A DNA stretch of 64,000 nt from Octopus vulgaris (lineage: Eukaryota): contig OX597828.1 of the NCBI GenBank assembly GCA_951406725.2, positions 71,858,001-71,922,000 of the forward strand, in the 5' to 3' direction. Made by a program: the position numbers and the translations under genes. Positions 28,893-44,038 of this stretch are shown piece by piece (the stretch's first letter is position 1; each line of letters opens with the position of its first letter). A model generated the notes under the pieces. The model saw nothing but the letters and a program-made list of their open reading frames with translations, was not told the origin of the DNA and made no database searches.

Positions 28893-28969
28893 TACCATCA
28901 CTTGACAACCGGTATTGGTGAGTTTATATATATATATACATATATATAATAAATAAATAAATAAATAAA

Positions 28970-29341
<372 letters not shown>

Positions 29342-30388
29342 GACGGGCTTTTATCTGTTTCCGTCATACTCACAAGGCTTTGGTCGGCCCGAGACTGTAG
29401 TAGAAGGCCAAGGTTCCACGCAACTGGGACTGAACCTACCACCATGTGGTTGGCGAGCAAGCTTCTCACCACACATCCACGCCTGCGCACTCTAACAATT
29501 CTTTCAGCACGGAGAAGGGAAAAATGGGTTTGCTTCTGTAATCTTTTTTTGATCCGCCGCGATATTAGACAAGGTTAAAATGTTTAAAAGGTCGTCTTAT
29601 TTTTATAAAACGTAGCCCTTACTCTGTTTCCTTTTTAATCTTTACAACCTCCCCCACCATTAGGGAGACCTGCCCCCTCTATGAGGAAGACTTAACCCCC
29701 TCTTCTATATATAAAGGACACCGTATGTGTTGGCGTTGGAACTATATGGAATTGTTCCATTTAATTAAACCGATTGATCTATTTATTTCGCCGATGTTGA
29801 TGATAAACTGACTGCTTCATCGTTTGCGGTAATCAGAGGAAAGTTTGGACAAAAACAAAAATAAAACGGAAACAAAAGAAACAGAAAAAGTTCATTAAAT
29901 TTTAACAACGTAAAGAGAATAATCACAATTGAGTTAATTAGAGATTAAATATATTGATATTAGGACGGTGGGAGGGAGTGAGGGGCGGGTGGGGCAGTGT
30001 CGGTAACTGATTGAAAATGTCTGGATTTGAAGTTTTCAGTTACTTTGGGTCGTTAATTGGCAGGAATTGTCTTACATGGAATATCCAATTGAAGATTGAT
30101 ATCTGGGGAAACTCAATTAATTTTTGGTAAAGTTAGAAAATATCAAATTAAAAGACAGGTTCTGCGACAGATCTAAGAACGAGGGAGAAATCTAAAGAAT
30201 GGTAAAGTAATATTGTCAGGGTGGTCGGTTAGCAGAATCATCAGTTGCCAAAGCTTTGGACAAATACTTCCGGCTCTTTGCATTCTGAGTTCAAATCCTG
30301 CCAAGATAAATTTTGTCTTTTATTTGTCAAGGGCTGGTTAAATGAGGTACCAGTTATTTACTGGATATCAATCACCCATTTCCCTCTT

Positions 30389-30448
<60 letters not shown>

Positions 30449-31224
30449 GAAAGAAGCGTCGCGGGTGGCAACCACTAGCAATAACATCCCCTTCCAAGAC
30501 ATCCTCGCTATTCTGTCACAATGCAAGAATATGGTTGCCGATACTCTGGAAGAGTATAGCACGTGAAGATTGATGACGACATTGTCCCTTTAAGAAGAAG
30601 ATGAAGAAGGAGGAGGAGGAGGAGAACAACAACAACAACAAAAGTCATTAACAATGATAACAACAACAACGCCATTAACCGCATTAACAATAATATTAGC
30701 AGCAAGAAAAACAGCAGCCTTAACAATAATAATGGGTTTTGATTTAGTTTTGAGGGGAGGGGGTCGTTTTTGATGCCATCCATACCAGTAATTTGTTGAG
30801 CCTGAAAGGCTGGAAGGCAAAGTTGACAGCAGCGGGAATTGAACCAAGAACTTAAAGAGCAGGAAGAATTGCCACTAAGCATTTCGTCCGATGCTCTACC
30901 GATTCTGCCAGTTATCCGCTTTCAACAACAACAATAACAATAGAAACAACATTCCAATAATAACAATTACAGGAGCATTCTTCTCCTCCTCTCTCCTTCC
31001 TCCGCTTCCTCCACTTCTTCATCCTCCTCCTCATCATAATGGTTTCAAATTTTGCCACAAGGGCAGCAATTTGGAGTGGGGGAGAGGATAAGACGGTTAC
31101 ATTGACGCCAGTATTTCACTGGTACTTAATTTATCGACCCCCGGAAGGATGAAATGCAAAGTAGACCACGGTGGAATTAGAACTCAAAAGGTAAGGACGG
31201 GCGAAATACTGCTAAGCATTTCAA

Positions 31225-31283
<59 letters not shown>

Positions 31284-31399
31284 TATTATAATAATTAATA
31301 AATAATAATAAGAAGAAGAATAAGAATAATCATGATGATGATGATGATAATAATAAGTAAAAAAATAATAACAATAAATAATACTAATAATAATAATAA

Positions 31400-31899
31400 T
31401 TTTGGAAGTGTTAACACGTACATTGTTTTGTCTTGGTATAAAAGATGGGCTACAGCAAATATTCTGCTCAATACCACAGATTTGCTTGTCAGTTGTTTGA
31501 CCTTAACCAGTTGAGCATGTCCCTTAGTGGCTGACGATATGTGCATCTCTGATCACGAGCAGAAGTAGTGGGGGAGCATCATAGCCATGTGTTGAGAGGG
31601 ATTCTTTGGGGTTTGAATGATTCACCTCTGGAAACATGGGTGGTTCTTTCAACATCCTTAAACAACCCTTATTCAGGGACCGTTTGAGCGGGATGGGCTA
31701 CTCGACCTGAAGAAAATTCTAACTGGGTCCCACCTGCAAGGTTATGTGCTGTTTATCTTGATATGAGATCACCATCCCACGCATGTTGTGATGCATGTGC
31801 CTGGTGTACCTTTATCAGACGGGTAGTCATGATGGGTATATTGGGCTTCGTATATTTTACCCCAGTGTCACTTTAATGGCATGCACTGCTCTCTCACTC
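31400..31899 (+). mobile_element. (TAA)n-flanked non-autonomous element of about 500 bp
   Basis: Inverted homolog at 35501-36020 and an end fragment at 4431-4505; terminus gcactgctctctcactca-(ATA)n. Confidence 0.75.
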
Positions 31900-31938
<39 letters not shown>

Positions 31939-32416
31939 TATAATTATAATAACAACAGCGACAACAACAACAATAATAATAATAACAACAACAACAACAA
32001 CAGCAACACCAACAACAACAGCTATAACTAAGCAGGAACGAGCCGCCATCGCCTCTCTCGCTACTTTAATTATAAATCTTGGGATCTTGTAAAATTTGTT
32101 TGAACCGCAAGAGGTTTTACAGTTTTTCACCAGATTATTTTCAAAACATAACAAAACAAAAACAAAAAATGTAATTCGGATTTAATTTTTCTTGCTGATA
32201 ACGAAAACCGCATTTATTCTGTCTCGAAATTAATAATTAAAAAGTTACAAGCATTTAAAATTATGTAATCTTAGCTTATAGATAGACTCCATTGCCAGAC
32301 ATACCAGAGTGTTTGTCCCCATGGGAACAATACACAAGAAACCTTTACATGGTTTCCGGATCTGCTAGAAATACCAGCCAAATCTTCCTTTAGCTACGCA
32401 TGGTCTTAAATTCACA

Positions 32417-32444
32417 TCCATACATATAAAGCTGAAGTTGTCTG

Positions 32445-32493
<49 letters not shown>

Positions 32494-32898
32494 GTGTGGC
32501 AGGTTTGGTAGCCTTCAACTAACACTATCTCCTCCGTGACCCTGCGGCGCAAGTTGACCAAAATTGAGAATATGATAGAAGAAGGCTTGCTCTTCATTCC
32601 GTGGAAGAAGGAATTGAAATCGAACCATGTTAAGACCAAAAATTATTTACATCAAAAAGGTGCTTTTTTCTATGAAAATCCCTATTTTTTACGATTTTTT
32701 GACTGCTGTGTCGCCATTTTTCGGTGTATTTCAACCAGAAAAATGTTCACTTAAAGAAAATAACAAGCTACATAATGCAAAATTTTTACTTTTCAAAAAA
32801 GATTGAAACTCTCGAAACTTTGTTAACGCGACATCAAAGTCTGCCGTTTTAAGCGCAACTAAAAAACAAACCCGAGCAACGCCGGGCTGTACTGCTAG
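32417..32898 (+). mobile_element. Non-autonomous Helitron-like element
   Basis: 5' TC after A, internal (GT)n, 3' hairpin cccg-agcaacgc-cggg then CTAG followed by T. Confidence 0.68.
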
Positions 32899-33101
32899 TG
32901 TAGGCATAAACATAAAGTTCGGTACGGGATTGTAATTAAAATGAGCTGTTATCGAACTCAAGACCCTTCAAACACTCACTGAGCCCCACAGATCGATACT
33001 AAATTGTGGCTGTGCGGTACGAAGTTTGCTTCCCAACCATATGGTTCCAAGTTCAGTCTCACTATGTGGCACCTTGGGCGAATGTTTTTGTCTTTTTATG
33101 G

Positions 33102-33147
<46 letters not shown>

Positions 33148-33259
33148 GAATATATACATATATATTTATTTATGAATATATATATATGTATATATATATA
33201 TATGGATATATATGTATATATATATATATATATGTATATATATCTTTCTTCTTTCTTTT

Positions 33260-33773
33260 CCCCCGTCTGTCTTGATAGACAATGGGTCGCGCCAAGGGTG
33301 GGGCCTACTTTGATGATGAGCAGCGTCTGCTGTGACTGAACAGTCCAATTCTAGAGTGGCAGTCCCTGGTACAGTTGCTGCACACGAACATCGATGGGTA
33401 CGTGTGGGGTGTTGCTGCAGTTGTCCTCCTCCTGTCCCGCCTGTCCGACCACAGCTGTGCTCTCCTTTCCTCAGCCATGGAAACGCATTTCCTCACTGTC
33501 CGACGCCAGGCAGAGCGGTCAGCAGCTGTTACCTCCCACGTGTCCACACAGATGTTGGCAGTCCTCAGGTCGCGCTTGCATCGCGCTGTATCGTAGCTGT
33601 GGACGTCCCTTGGGTCGGGATCCCGTGGTGAGTTCGCTGTACAGGATGTCTTTAGGCATGCGACCGTCCTGCATGCGGCAGACGTGTCCGAGCCAGCGCA
33701 GTCGTCTCCGCACGAGGAGGGCATGCATGCTTGGCATATTAGTCTGTTCTAGGATGACTCCGTTTGGAGTCAT
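33260..33773 (-). mobile_element. RTE-clade LINE 3' fragment
   Basis: [38 protein letters not shown], then after a frameshift [12 protein letters not shown]...[17 protein letters not shown]. Confidence 0.85.
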
Positions 33774-33784
33774 GTATATATATT

Positions 33785-33853
<69 letters not shown>

Positions 33854-34001
33854 GGATATATATATGGATATATATGTATATATATATGGATATATATGTA
33901 TATATATATGTATGTATATATATATGTATATATGTATATATATATATGTATATATATACATGTATGTATATATATATGGGGTTATAGATACATATGTGTG
34001 T

Positions 34002-34047
<46 letters not shown>

Positions 34048-34108
34048 GTATATATATATGTATATATGTGTGCATATATATATGTATATATATGCATATA
34101 TATATATG

Positions 34109-34146
<38 letters not shown>

Positions 34147-34907
34147 TATATATATACATATACATATATATACATACGTATGTATGTATGTATGTATGTA
34201 TGTATGCATCGTATATTATACAATCACGTAATACTTATTGGATTGCTCCAAAAGACAGCAACATAATTCCACCCAAGTTGTCTGTTATAACCTTTTATAC
34301 CCGCCACCCATCCTTCACTCCTCGCTCTCTCTTCTTCTCTCTCTCTCTCGTGACGCAACTTCCTCATGAAATCGCCTCCTCCTTCTCCTCCCCCTTCCAC
34401 CATCACACCGCCGTAGACGCTGTCTATAATTAGTCTACAGCCATGTATTATTAGAGACAGCCATTTGATATGAAGCTCGGCTGTTGTCGGTTTCCTGCTC
34501 ATCACCACCACCGCCACCACCACCACCACCACCACCACCACCACCATCACCCATCCACCCCGCCCCACATATACACCGCCGATCTTCTATTTACACGACT
34601 GCTGCTAATTGATCGAACCACGACGACCCCTAATTGGGTTCCGTTCAACTTCTACCCACCCCACCCTTTCCCAACGATGTAAATTCTTTTACGGTACCCT
34701 TTTTAAGGAATTCTTTTGATATTTTCCAAAATGTCTTCTTTCCCTTGTTTCGTTTCTTTTTTCCCTCTTTCTTTTCTATCTTTCTTTTTCTTTTCCCCTC
34801 TTATTTTCTTTCTTGTAACGCAGTAGATATGGTTGTGCGGTTACGAAGTTCCTTTATTATCATTATTATTATTAGCATTGTTATCATTATTATTATCATT
34901 ATTATTA

Positions 34908-34998
<91 letters not shown>

Positions 34999-35181
34999 GG
35001 CAGCGAGCTGGCAGAATCGTTATCACGTCGGAAAAATGCTTGGCTGTATTTTGTCTGTCTCCACGTTCTGATTTCAAATTCTGCCGAAGTCGACTTAGCC
35101 TTTCGTCAGTTCGAAGTCGATAAATTAAGAACTGTTAGTGCGCCGGACAAAGCTTCAAGCCTTGTGCCTAGAGCAGAAAGG

Positions 35182-35225
<44 letters not shown>

Positions 35226-35500
35226 GCTGAAACATAAAGACCGATGATGTCATTCCATCAACGTGTGGACGCTGGTTGCTCTCGTTTATACTTTAAATTT
35301 AAATTTCTGTAATTTTGAATTTTTATCACCTTTTATATTGAACTTGGTGAAGGCAGACTTACTGTGGAAATATCGTTCAACCATTAAAATATCTATTACA
35401 ATCGAACCGTGCCCTTCGTCTTGACTGTTTACCTTTGTGAAGAGTTACGTCAATCTTTTAAAAATATTATTATTATTATTATTATCATCATCATCATCAT

Positions 35501-36018
35501 TGAGTGAGAGAGCAGTGTATACCATCAAAGTGACACGGGTACAAATTTACGAAGCCCAGTAAACCTATCATGACTACCTGTCTGATAAGGGTACACCAGA
35601 CTCATGCACCGCAACCATATCAAGATAAACAGTGCATAACCTTGCAGGTGGGTTCCAGTTAGAATTTTCTTCAGAACGACTAGCCGATCCCGCTGAATAG
35701 GTCCCTGAATAAGCATGTTGAACGAAACACTCATAGTTCCAGAGGTGAATTATTCAAACCCCAAAGAATCCCTCTCAACACATGTTTATGATGCTCCCCC
35801 ACTACTTCTGCTCATGATCTGAGATGCACATATTGTCAGCCACTAAGGGACATGCTCAACTGGTTACGGTCAAACAACTGGCAAGCAAATCTGTGGTATT
35901 GAGCAGAATATTTGCTGTAGCCCATCTTTTATACCAAGACAAAACAATGTACATGATAACACTTCCAATCAGTTAAGATCAGAAGCCATGAGAGCCACTG
36001 CTGGTACTGCATCAGGGC

Positions 36019-36020
<2 letters not shown>
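35501..36020 (-). mobile_element. Second copy of the (TAA)n-flanked element
   Basis: Reverse complement of 31400-31899, embedded in (TTA)n on both sides. Confidence 0.75.
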
Positions 36021-36087
<67 letters not shown>

Positions 36088-36397
36088 CATTATTATTATT
36101 ATTAATGGCGAATAACCGATCAATAATAGTCGTGTTACAATTAACATAATTATTGTAAGTTACGGAGTGTGAGCGCAATGCAGTGATAGACAAATGGTGC
36201 AAAGACACCAAAATCAGTTCGAGCGTGTCACGAGCATGTTTGAACTGGTGATAACATTGCATGATTATTGTAATTAAGATTGAAAAATACATTTGATTGT
36301 GAAGGCACTGAGCAAAAACAAAAAGAAAGCGACAACACAGGGGGGGGGGGGATAAATTTTAACAAATATTGTATTAGTATAAAAAGGAAGAAAAAGA

Positions 36398-36434
36398 TCT
36401 TTAACTTTTCGGACGCTTGTCCTTCATCGGAAGA
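36398..36434 (-). ncRNA. Hammerhead-like motif (family B-related)
   Basis: tctt-CCGATGA-a-ggac(aagc)gtcc-GAAA-AGTTA-aaga; different stem II sequence, same geometry. Confidence 0.5.
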
Positions 36435-36812
36435 AAAGTAATGTGAAAGATTTAAATCATTTCGTTTGCAGATTTCAACTTCACTCAAAAGCTAGCTGCC
36501 CTTTCGGCTTAAGCCAAGACTGCTTTTGTGTATGTATACATTACGGTATATGTACGTGTGTTTGTGGGTGTTTGTGTGCCTGTGTCTTTGTGTGTGCGTG
36601 TGAGTATATAAGCGTATTTTAATATACACACATAATACATACGTGTGCGTGTGTGTGTGCATGTGTGTGAAGGGGACGGAATTGGTAGTTACGCCCTCCA
36701 TATGTTTCAAAAGACTCACCGAACAAATATTACGTAACTTCAACATGTTAAATAGATGTTCAGTGATCCTTCTCTTCGGGTGCTTTTCTGCCTATCGCTA
36801 AAAATTTCATTG

Positions 36813-36886
<74 letters not shown>

Positions 36887-37979
36887 ACACACACGTATAT
36901 TGCAATAAATAAGATTATAAGTTTCCCACTAAACTTCATAATTGTTAATTGATCTTCATGTAGCGTTGCTCAGATATTAACGCCTATGTAACGATTCTAC
37001 TCCGAATCATGTATATTTATGTGCATGGATGCGTATATACATATATACATGCATGTGCACATACATGCATGTGCACATACATATATGCACATACACGCAC
37101 ACAAATACGCGCACACACACTCACATACATATATCTATATATGTATATATATATATCACACAAGCATCGTTCAACATTCTATATGTATCCGTATGCATAG
37201 AAAATATATAAGGAGGCGCATGGCTCAACGGCTAGGGTATTCGGCTCAGAGTTGAGCGTTCGATCCCCTGTGCGGTGTTGTGTTCTTGATCAAGACGCTT
37301 TATTTCTCGTTGGTCCAATTCATACAGCAAATGAAAAAGAAAAAAATGTACCTGAGATTCAACGGAAACTCTGCGTCACAGTGAGTTTCACAAGAGGCTT
37401 GTTCCGTTGATCGGATCAACTGGAAGACTCGTCGTGACCGACGGAGACTCAGGTCACACACACACACACAAGTATGTCTGATTCGGAGTAGAGTTGCTAT
37501 ATAAGTCTCAAATCCAAGGAATTGTTACTTGCAGCTCAATTAACAATCATTCGCTTCAGTTAACAATTATCAGGTTCAATTATTAGGAAAATTATAGACT
37601 TTTATTAAACTCTTTTGAATCCTTCGAGATTCCCCGTTCCCAAAAATAATTGTTGTATCATAATTAGTTTCCAAATTCTTATGACACCAATATGTATATA
37701 TATATCTTTTTGAGATTTGGCTTGCAACATTCTTTATGTGAGTTCGTGTGTTGAAGCATATTCTATTGTGTCCGGGGAGAGTCATTCTCTTTTGGTGCTT
37801 TATAATTTAACACACTCACCGGTAAAATTTCCACTTATTTCTTTTTTATCTTTTTTTCATTTTTCTAAAATTTTAGAAAAATGAAAAAAAAAAAGAAATG
37901 TGGATATTTTACCGGTGAGTGTGTTAAATTATAAAGCACCAAAAGAGAATTACGCTTCCCCAGACACACAAATATATAT

Positions 37980-38047
<68 letters not shown>

Positions 38048-38048
38048 C

Positions 38049-38098
<50 letters not shown>

Positions 38099-38275
38099 GG
38101 CAGTATAACTCCAAACATACAGGGAAAAATTCAATTTAGTATTAAATCTTTTTACTTATATATTGTTTATTCATTTTTTTGTACTTTTTGTGATGTAGAT
38201 ATATGTTTTATAATATATTTTATTATGGTATGAATTATGTCTATCATTGTTTGAATTGCATAATAGTGGTGTTTC

Positions 38276-38357
<82 letters not shown>

Positions 38358-38561
38358 TCTACTCTAGGCACAAGGCTCCAAATTTTTTGGGAGGGGGCTC
38401 AGTCGATTAGATCGATCCCAGCACGCACCTGGTACTTAATTTGTCGTCCCCGAAAGGATGAAAGGCAAAGTCATCTTCGGCTGAATTTGAACGCAGAACG
38501 TAAAGACAGACGAAATACTGCTAAGCCTTTCGCCCGGCGTGCTAACGTAAGTACATGCGTA

Positions 38562-38669
<108 letters not shown>

Positions 38670-39957
38670 TACCTATTAGATTTATTTCTTTGTTGCCCAC
38701 TGGCGGCTAAACACAGAGAGAACAAACAAAGACAGAGACTGGGATTAAGTCAATTATATCGACCCCAGTGCATAACTGGTACTTAATTTAATCGACCCCG
38801 AAAAGATGAAAGGCAAAGTCGACTTCGGCGGAATTTGAACTCAGAACGTAACGGCAGACGAAATACCGCTACGCATTTCGCCCGGTGTGCTAACGTTTTT
38901 GCCACCTCACCGACTTTTTTTCTTTACCTAATGTTATACCCAGCTGTATATCTTGACCGAATTGTTAGAACTTCATGGTGCTTTTCAGCTGTTTAGATTC
39001 ACGGTTCAAATCCCGCTGAGGCCACCTTTACGTTTCATCCCCTAAGGGTCTGATTTTTCAGACATTGATGGTCCAGAATCTGTTATATCCGCTCTAATTT
39101 ACCAGGAGGTACTGCGAATTCCCGCTCTCGCCAGACTGGTTTACTAGACTGCATTGTTCAACGGTGCAGAATTAATAAGTTTATACCATTAATACTCATA
39201 TACAGACACCTGCATTTCATTGACTTATGTAAGTAAATTTAGTATTTAATTTAGAGGTAAGGAAGCGAGCTGGCAGGATTGTTAGCACGGCAGATAAAAT
39301 GCTTAGCGATATTTCGGCTGTCGCTACATTCTGAGTTCAAATTCCACCGAGGTCGAATTTGCCTTTCATCCTTTCGAGGTCGATGAAATATGTACCAGTA
39401 AAATACTGGGGTCGATGTAATCGACCAGTTCCCTCCTTCAAAATTTAAGGCATTGTGCCTCCAGTAAAAAGGGTATTTCGTCTGTCTTCATTTCCTGAGT
39501 TCGAATTCCACTGGGCTCGACTTTTTCCTTCATCGTTCCGAGAGGTCAATAAAATAGGTACCAGTTGAATACTGGGGTCAACCTGATCGTCATACACCCC
39601 CATCCCTCACGAACTGGCAGATCTTGAGCCAAAATTTAAAACCAAAAGTTATCTTTCATGAAAATGTAAACATTAAAAAAAATATTTCATATTTAAAGAC
39701 TAACTGTTTAATTATGCACAACAGCCTATAATTAAATGCTGATTAATTAAGTACTAATAATATATTTCTAATATTTTGGCGTTAATAAAATGTAACACAG
39801 TATGAAAAGTGAAAAAAACGACGGAAGAGATATTTTGTAAAATAAAGAAAATATGATGGAAACACCTCGTATTTGATTCGGAGAGATTATTGCTAATTAA
39901 TATCGTATGTTCTTTAGGATATAACATGTTCATTAGGATATATATATATATATATAT

Positions 39958-40090
<133 letters not shown>

Positions 40091-40258
40091 CAATTAAAAA
40101 ATAGCATAAAATCTTTATAAGAATTTATCAAGTAGTTAGCGTGAAAAACCTCATAAGGGAAAAATCCATCAATTATTCCTCTTAAATATATTTATCTATA
40201 TTAAGGGCATTACTATACATAAAGGCCCTTAATATAAATATAAATATAAATATAAATA

Positions 40259-40326
<68 letters not shown>

Positions 40327-41083
40327 CTAAAAGTACTCCAGCTTGGCCACTGTCTCTAATGACTAAGACAAGTAAGAGATAAAAAATAAAAGTTACGTAT
40401 GTATGCGTGTGTCTGCGTGTGTAAGCGTGTGTGTGCATACGTGTATGATTTTGCACGGTGTGTGTGTGTATGAAAGTCTCACCTCAAACTTACATTTTTA
40501 ATTATCTCATTTTACAGTTAATTAAATAAATCGCAAATCCTCGTTATAATTTTCTAAGATTACCAAAGACACCACATGTAATGGAATCATACGTAATCAT
40601 GTTTTCCTGTGCGTATGGATGTAACAGATACCGAAATATGATTTAGGGGGAAATGATGTATTTTGTACTCGTTCAACCATCGTTTATCGTAAGATTTATG
40701 TAAAGATCTCTTTGCGTGTACATATGAATATTTACTTGTGTGTGTGTGTATGATTTTATATACAAGCATACACAAACATATGTGATTGGCTGCACTATTA
40801 TTCTACCCCCCCTCTACAGGTGATGCGATTAACATGAGATCCTTCTGGTATTTGACTTTCATTACAGATTGATTTCCGTCCTCCGACAGAACACAGATGC
40901 CTGATGGGAAGGCGCTCAACTATTTCAAGTAGAATGATAGAATGAGTGAAAAAATTTGTCATGCTTTTAAACCATACACATATATATATATGTAGTTGAA
41001 ATTTAGTGAAAAACAAAAGACGAAGACAGGTGTATGAACGACAAGCAGGTGTATTAGTTTGACGCTCGGGAAAGTGAGAAAGT

Positions 41084-41119
41084 CTTTTACGTTTCGAGCC
41101 TACGCTCTTCAACAGAAAG
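41084..41119 (-). ncRNA. Minimal hammerhead-like motif (family B)
   Basis: cttt-CTGTTGA-a-gagc(gtag)gctc-GAAA-CG-TA-aaag. Confidence 0.55.
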
Positions 41120-41169
41120 GAATACGAAAAAAAACTTGTGAATTTAGCGAGATATATATGCGTGTGTGT

Positions 41170-41205
<36 letters not shown>

Positions 41206-41435
41206 ATGCTTCTATGCTTTTACTTGTTTCAATCATTTGACTGAGGCCATGCTGGAGCACTGCCTTTAGCGGAATAAATCGACAACAGAACTTATTATTT
41301 GTAAGCCTAGTACTTATTCTATCGCATCCTTTTGCCGAACTGCCCGCTATGTTACGGGAACGTAAACACATCAACGTTGGTTGCTAAGCGATGGTGGGGC
41401 ACAAACACGGACACACAAACACATATATACGTATA

Positions 41436-41480
<45 letters not shown>

Positions 41481-41569
41481 TCTGATTGAAAGGCTCAGTT
41501 CCCGTACTCCGACCATCGGCGCTGGTGAAATGAGACTGGTTTTCTTTTCAATATGCATTGTTTAGACAC

Positions 41570-42445
41570 GGATGTATGTATGTATGTATGTATGTATGTA
41601 TGTATGTATGTATGTATGTATGCATGCATGTATGTATGTATGTATGTATGTATGTATGTATGTATGTATGTATGTATGTATGCATGCATGTATGTATGTA
41701 TGTATGTATGCCTGCATGTATGTATGTATGTTTGCATGCATGTATGTATGTATGTATGTATGCATGCATGTATGTATGTATGTATGTATGTATGTATGTA
41801 TGTAGTATGTATGCATGCATGTATGTATGTATGTATGTATGTATCTATGTATGCATGCATGTATGTATGTATGTATGTATGTATGTATGTATGTATGTAT
41901 GTATGTAGTATGTATGCATGCATGTATGTATGTATGTATGTATGTATCTATGTATGCATGCATGTATGTATGTATGTATGTATGTATGTATGTATGTATG
42001 TATGTGTATGTATGTATGTGTGCATGCATGCATGCATGTATGTATGTATGTATGTATGTATGTATGTATGTATGTATGTATGCATGCATGTATGTATGTA
42101 TGTATGTATGTATGTATGCATGCATGTATGTATGTATGTATGTATGTATGTATGCATGCATGTATGTATGTATGTAGTATGTATGCATGCATGTATGTAT
42201 GTATGTATGTATGTATGTATGTAGTATGTATGCATGCATGTATGTATGTATGTATGTATGTATGTATCTATGTATGCATGCATGTATGTATGTATGTAGT
42301 ATGTATGCATGCATGTATGTATGTATGTATGTATGTATCTATGTATGCATGCATGTATGTATGTATGTATGTATGTATGTATGTATGTATGTATGTATGT
42401 ATGCATGCATGCATGTATGTATGTATGTATGTATGCATGCATACA

Positions 42446-42481
<36 letters not shown>

Positions 42482-42570
42482 TACATACATACATATATAT
42501 ATACATATTTATATATATACATATTTATATATATACATATACATATACATACATATATATACATATACAT
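41570..42570. repeat. Compound (TATG)n microsatellite with recurring variant blocks
   Basis: TATG units punctuated by tgcatgca, tgtagtatg and tatctatg; flips to (CATA)n at about 42440. Confidence 0.95.
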
Positions 42571-42608
42571 ATAAAATCAAAATAAGCTACGGGATGTCAA
42601 GTAGTAAG

Positions 42609-42692
42609 GCAGTACGACTGTTTCAAGAGATTCCATTTAATGGAATACTGCAGTCATTACATCAATTTAAATGCAGTACTATCTTCAGCTGC
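42609..42692 (-). ncRNA. Type I hammerhead with branched/long stem II (family F)
   Basis: gcag-CTGAAGA-t-agtactgca...tgcagtatt-ccattaaatgg-aatctctt-GAAA-CAGTCG-TA-ctgc. Confidence 0.62.
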
Positions 42693-42950
42693 ACAAAATA
42701 TAGAATTTTTTAACAAGTAGGATACATCAATATAAATTTTCTTAAATATTTTATCACAGTAAGAAGATGGAAGAAATTCGCACTGTCGCTATTGTAGCAA
42801 AGTGGCTAAGAATAGACTACAACTACTTAGAATCGCATGGAGCATAGTGGGGTCATAGGGTTGTAAGCGACTGACTTGGTGCTTCAACTTAAGTACCTAA
42901 TTCACCCGAATCTTAATTATTTCTTGCATATACATACATACATACATACA

Positions 42951-43034
<84 letters not shown>

Positions 43035-43130
43035 TAATCCAAACAAAAAAGCACAAAAAAAACACAACAACCGAGGACGTGGAACAAATATAGTATTATT
43101 GGACGCTTAGGAAAGAAGGAAAGAAGGAGG

Positions 43131-43165
43131 GCTTAACGTTTCGAGCGGAGCTCTTCGTCGGAAAC
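43131..43165 (-). ncRNA. Minimal hammerhead-like motif (family B)
   Basis: gttt-CCGACGA-a-gagc(tcc)gctc-GAAA-CG-TT-aagc. Confidence 0.58.
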
Positions 43166-43504
43166 ATAGGAGAAGGAAAGATCCAGAGAAGGGAAAACAG
43201 AGGAAAAAAAATCGCCAACGGTACACACGAGGTCACATTTATGTGTGTGTGTGTGTATACATATATGTATATATACGTATATACGTACACACTCGCACAT
43301 ACACACATATATCTATCTATCTATCTACATATATATTTATACACATATATATCTACACACACACATACATACACACACACACATATATATATACGTATAT
43401 ATATATATATATATAAATATATATATATACATATATATTTCGCCATGAAAGATCGCTAGCCACTACACATTCTTTATTTTCTCTCCCTGTTTCTTTCTGT
43501 GTTC

Positions 43505-43540
43505 CTTTCTGTGGAAGAGCGTAGGCTCGAAACGTTAAAG
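43505..43540 (+). ncRNA. Minimal hammerhead-like motif (family B)
   Basis: cttt-CTGTGGA-a-gagc(gtag)gctc-GAAA-CG-TT-aaag. Confidence 0.55.
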
Positions 43541-43983
43541 ACTTTTTCACTTCCCGAGCGTTATACTAATACATCGGTTTGTTGTCTACACCACCTGTCT
43601 TCGTCTTTTGTTTTTTGGGAATTCTCCCCCCCCCCTATATATATATACACATACATTATATATATATATATATATACGTATGGGTATAAAGACAGAAGTA
43701 TATTCTTAGACATGTGAATATATAAGTGCGCGCTCGGACGGATATATACATAGACACACTCTCACACAAACACATACACACACTCTCACTTTCTACTTCC
43801 CTCTCTTCCTCTCTTCTTCCCTCTCTCCCACCTTCTCTCTCTCTCTCTCACATACACACACACACGAGAAACAATGAAGTAGAAATTTACGTTGCATGGA
43901 AAGAAAATGATAACTTGTCTTGACATAATGTAAACAAGATTATAAATACATAGTCATGAGTTATATATACACTCCCTCTCACG

Positions 43984-44034
<51 letters not shown>

Positions 44035-44038
<4 letters not shown>

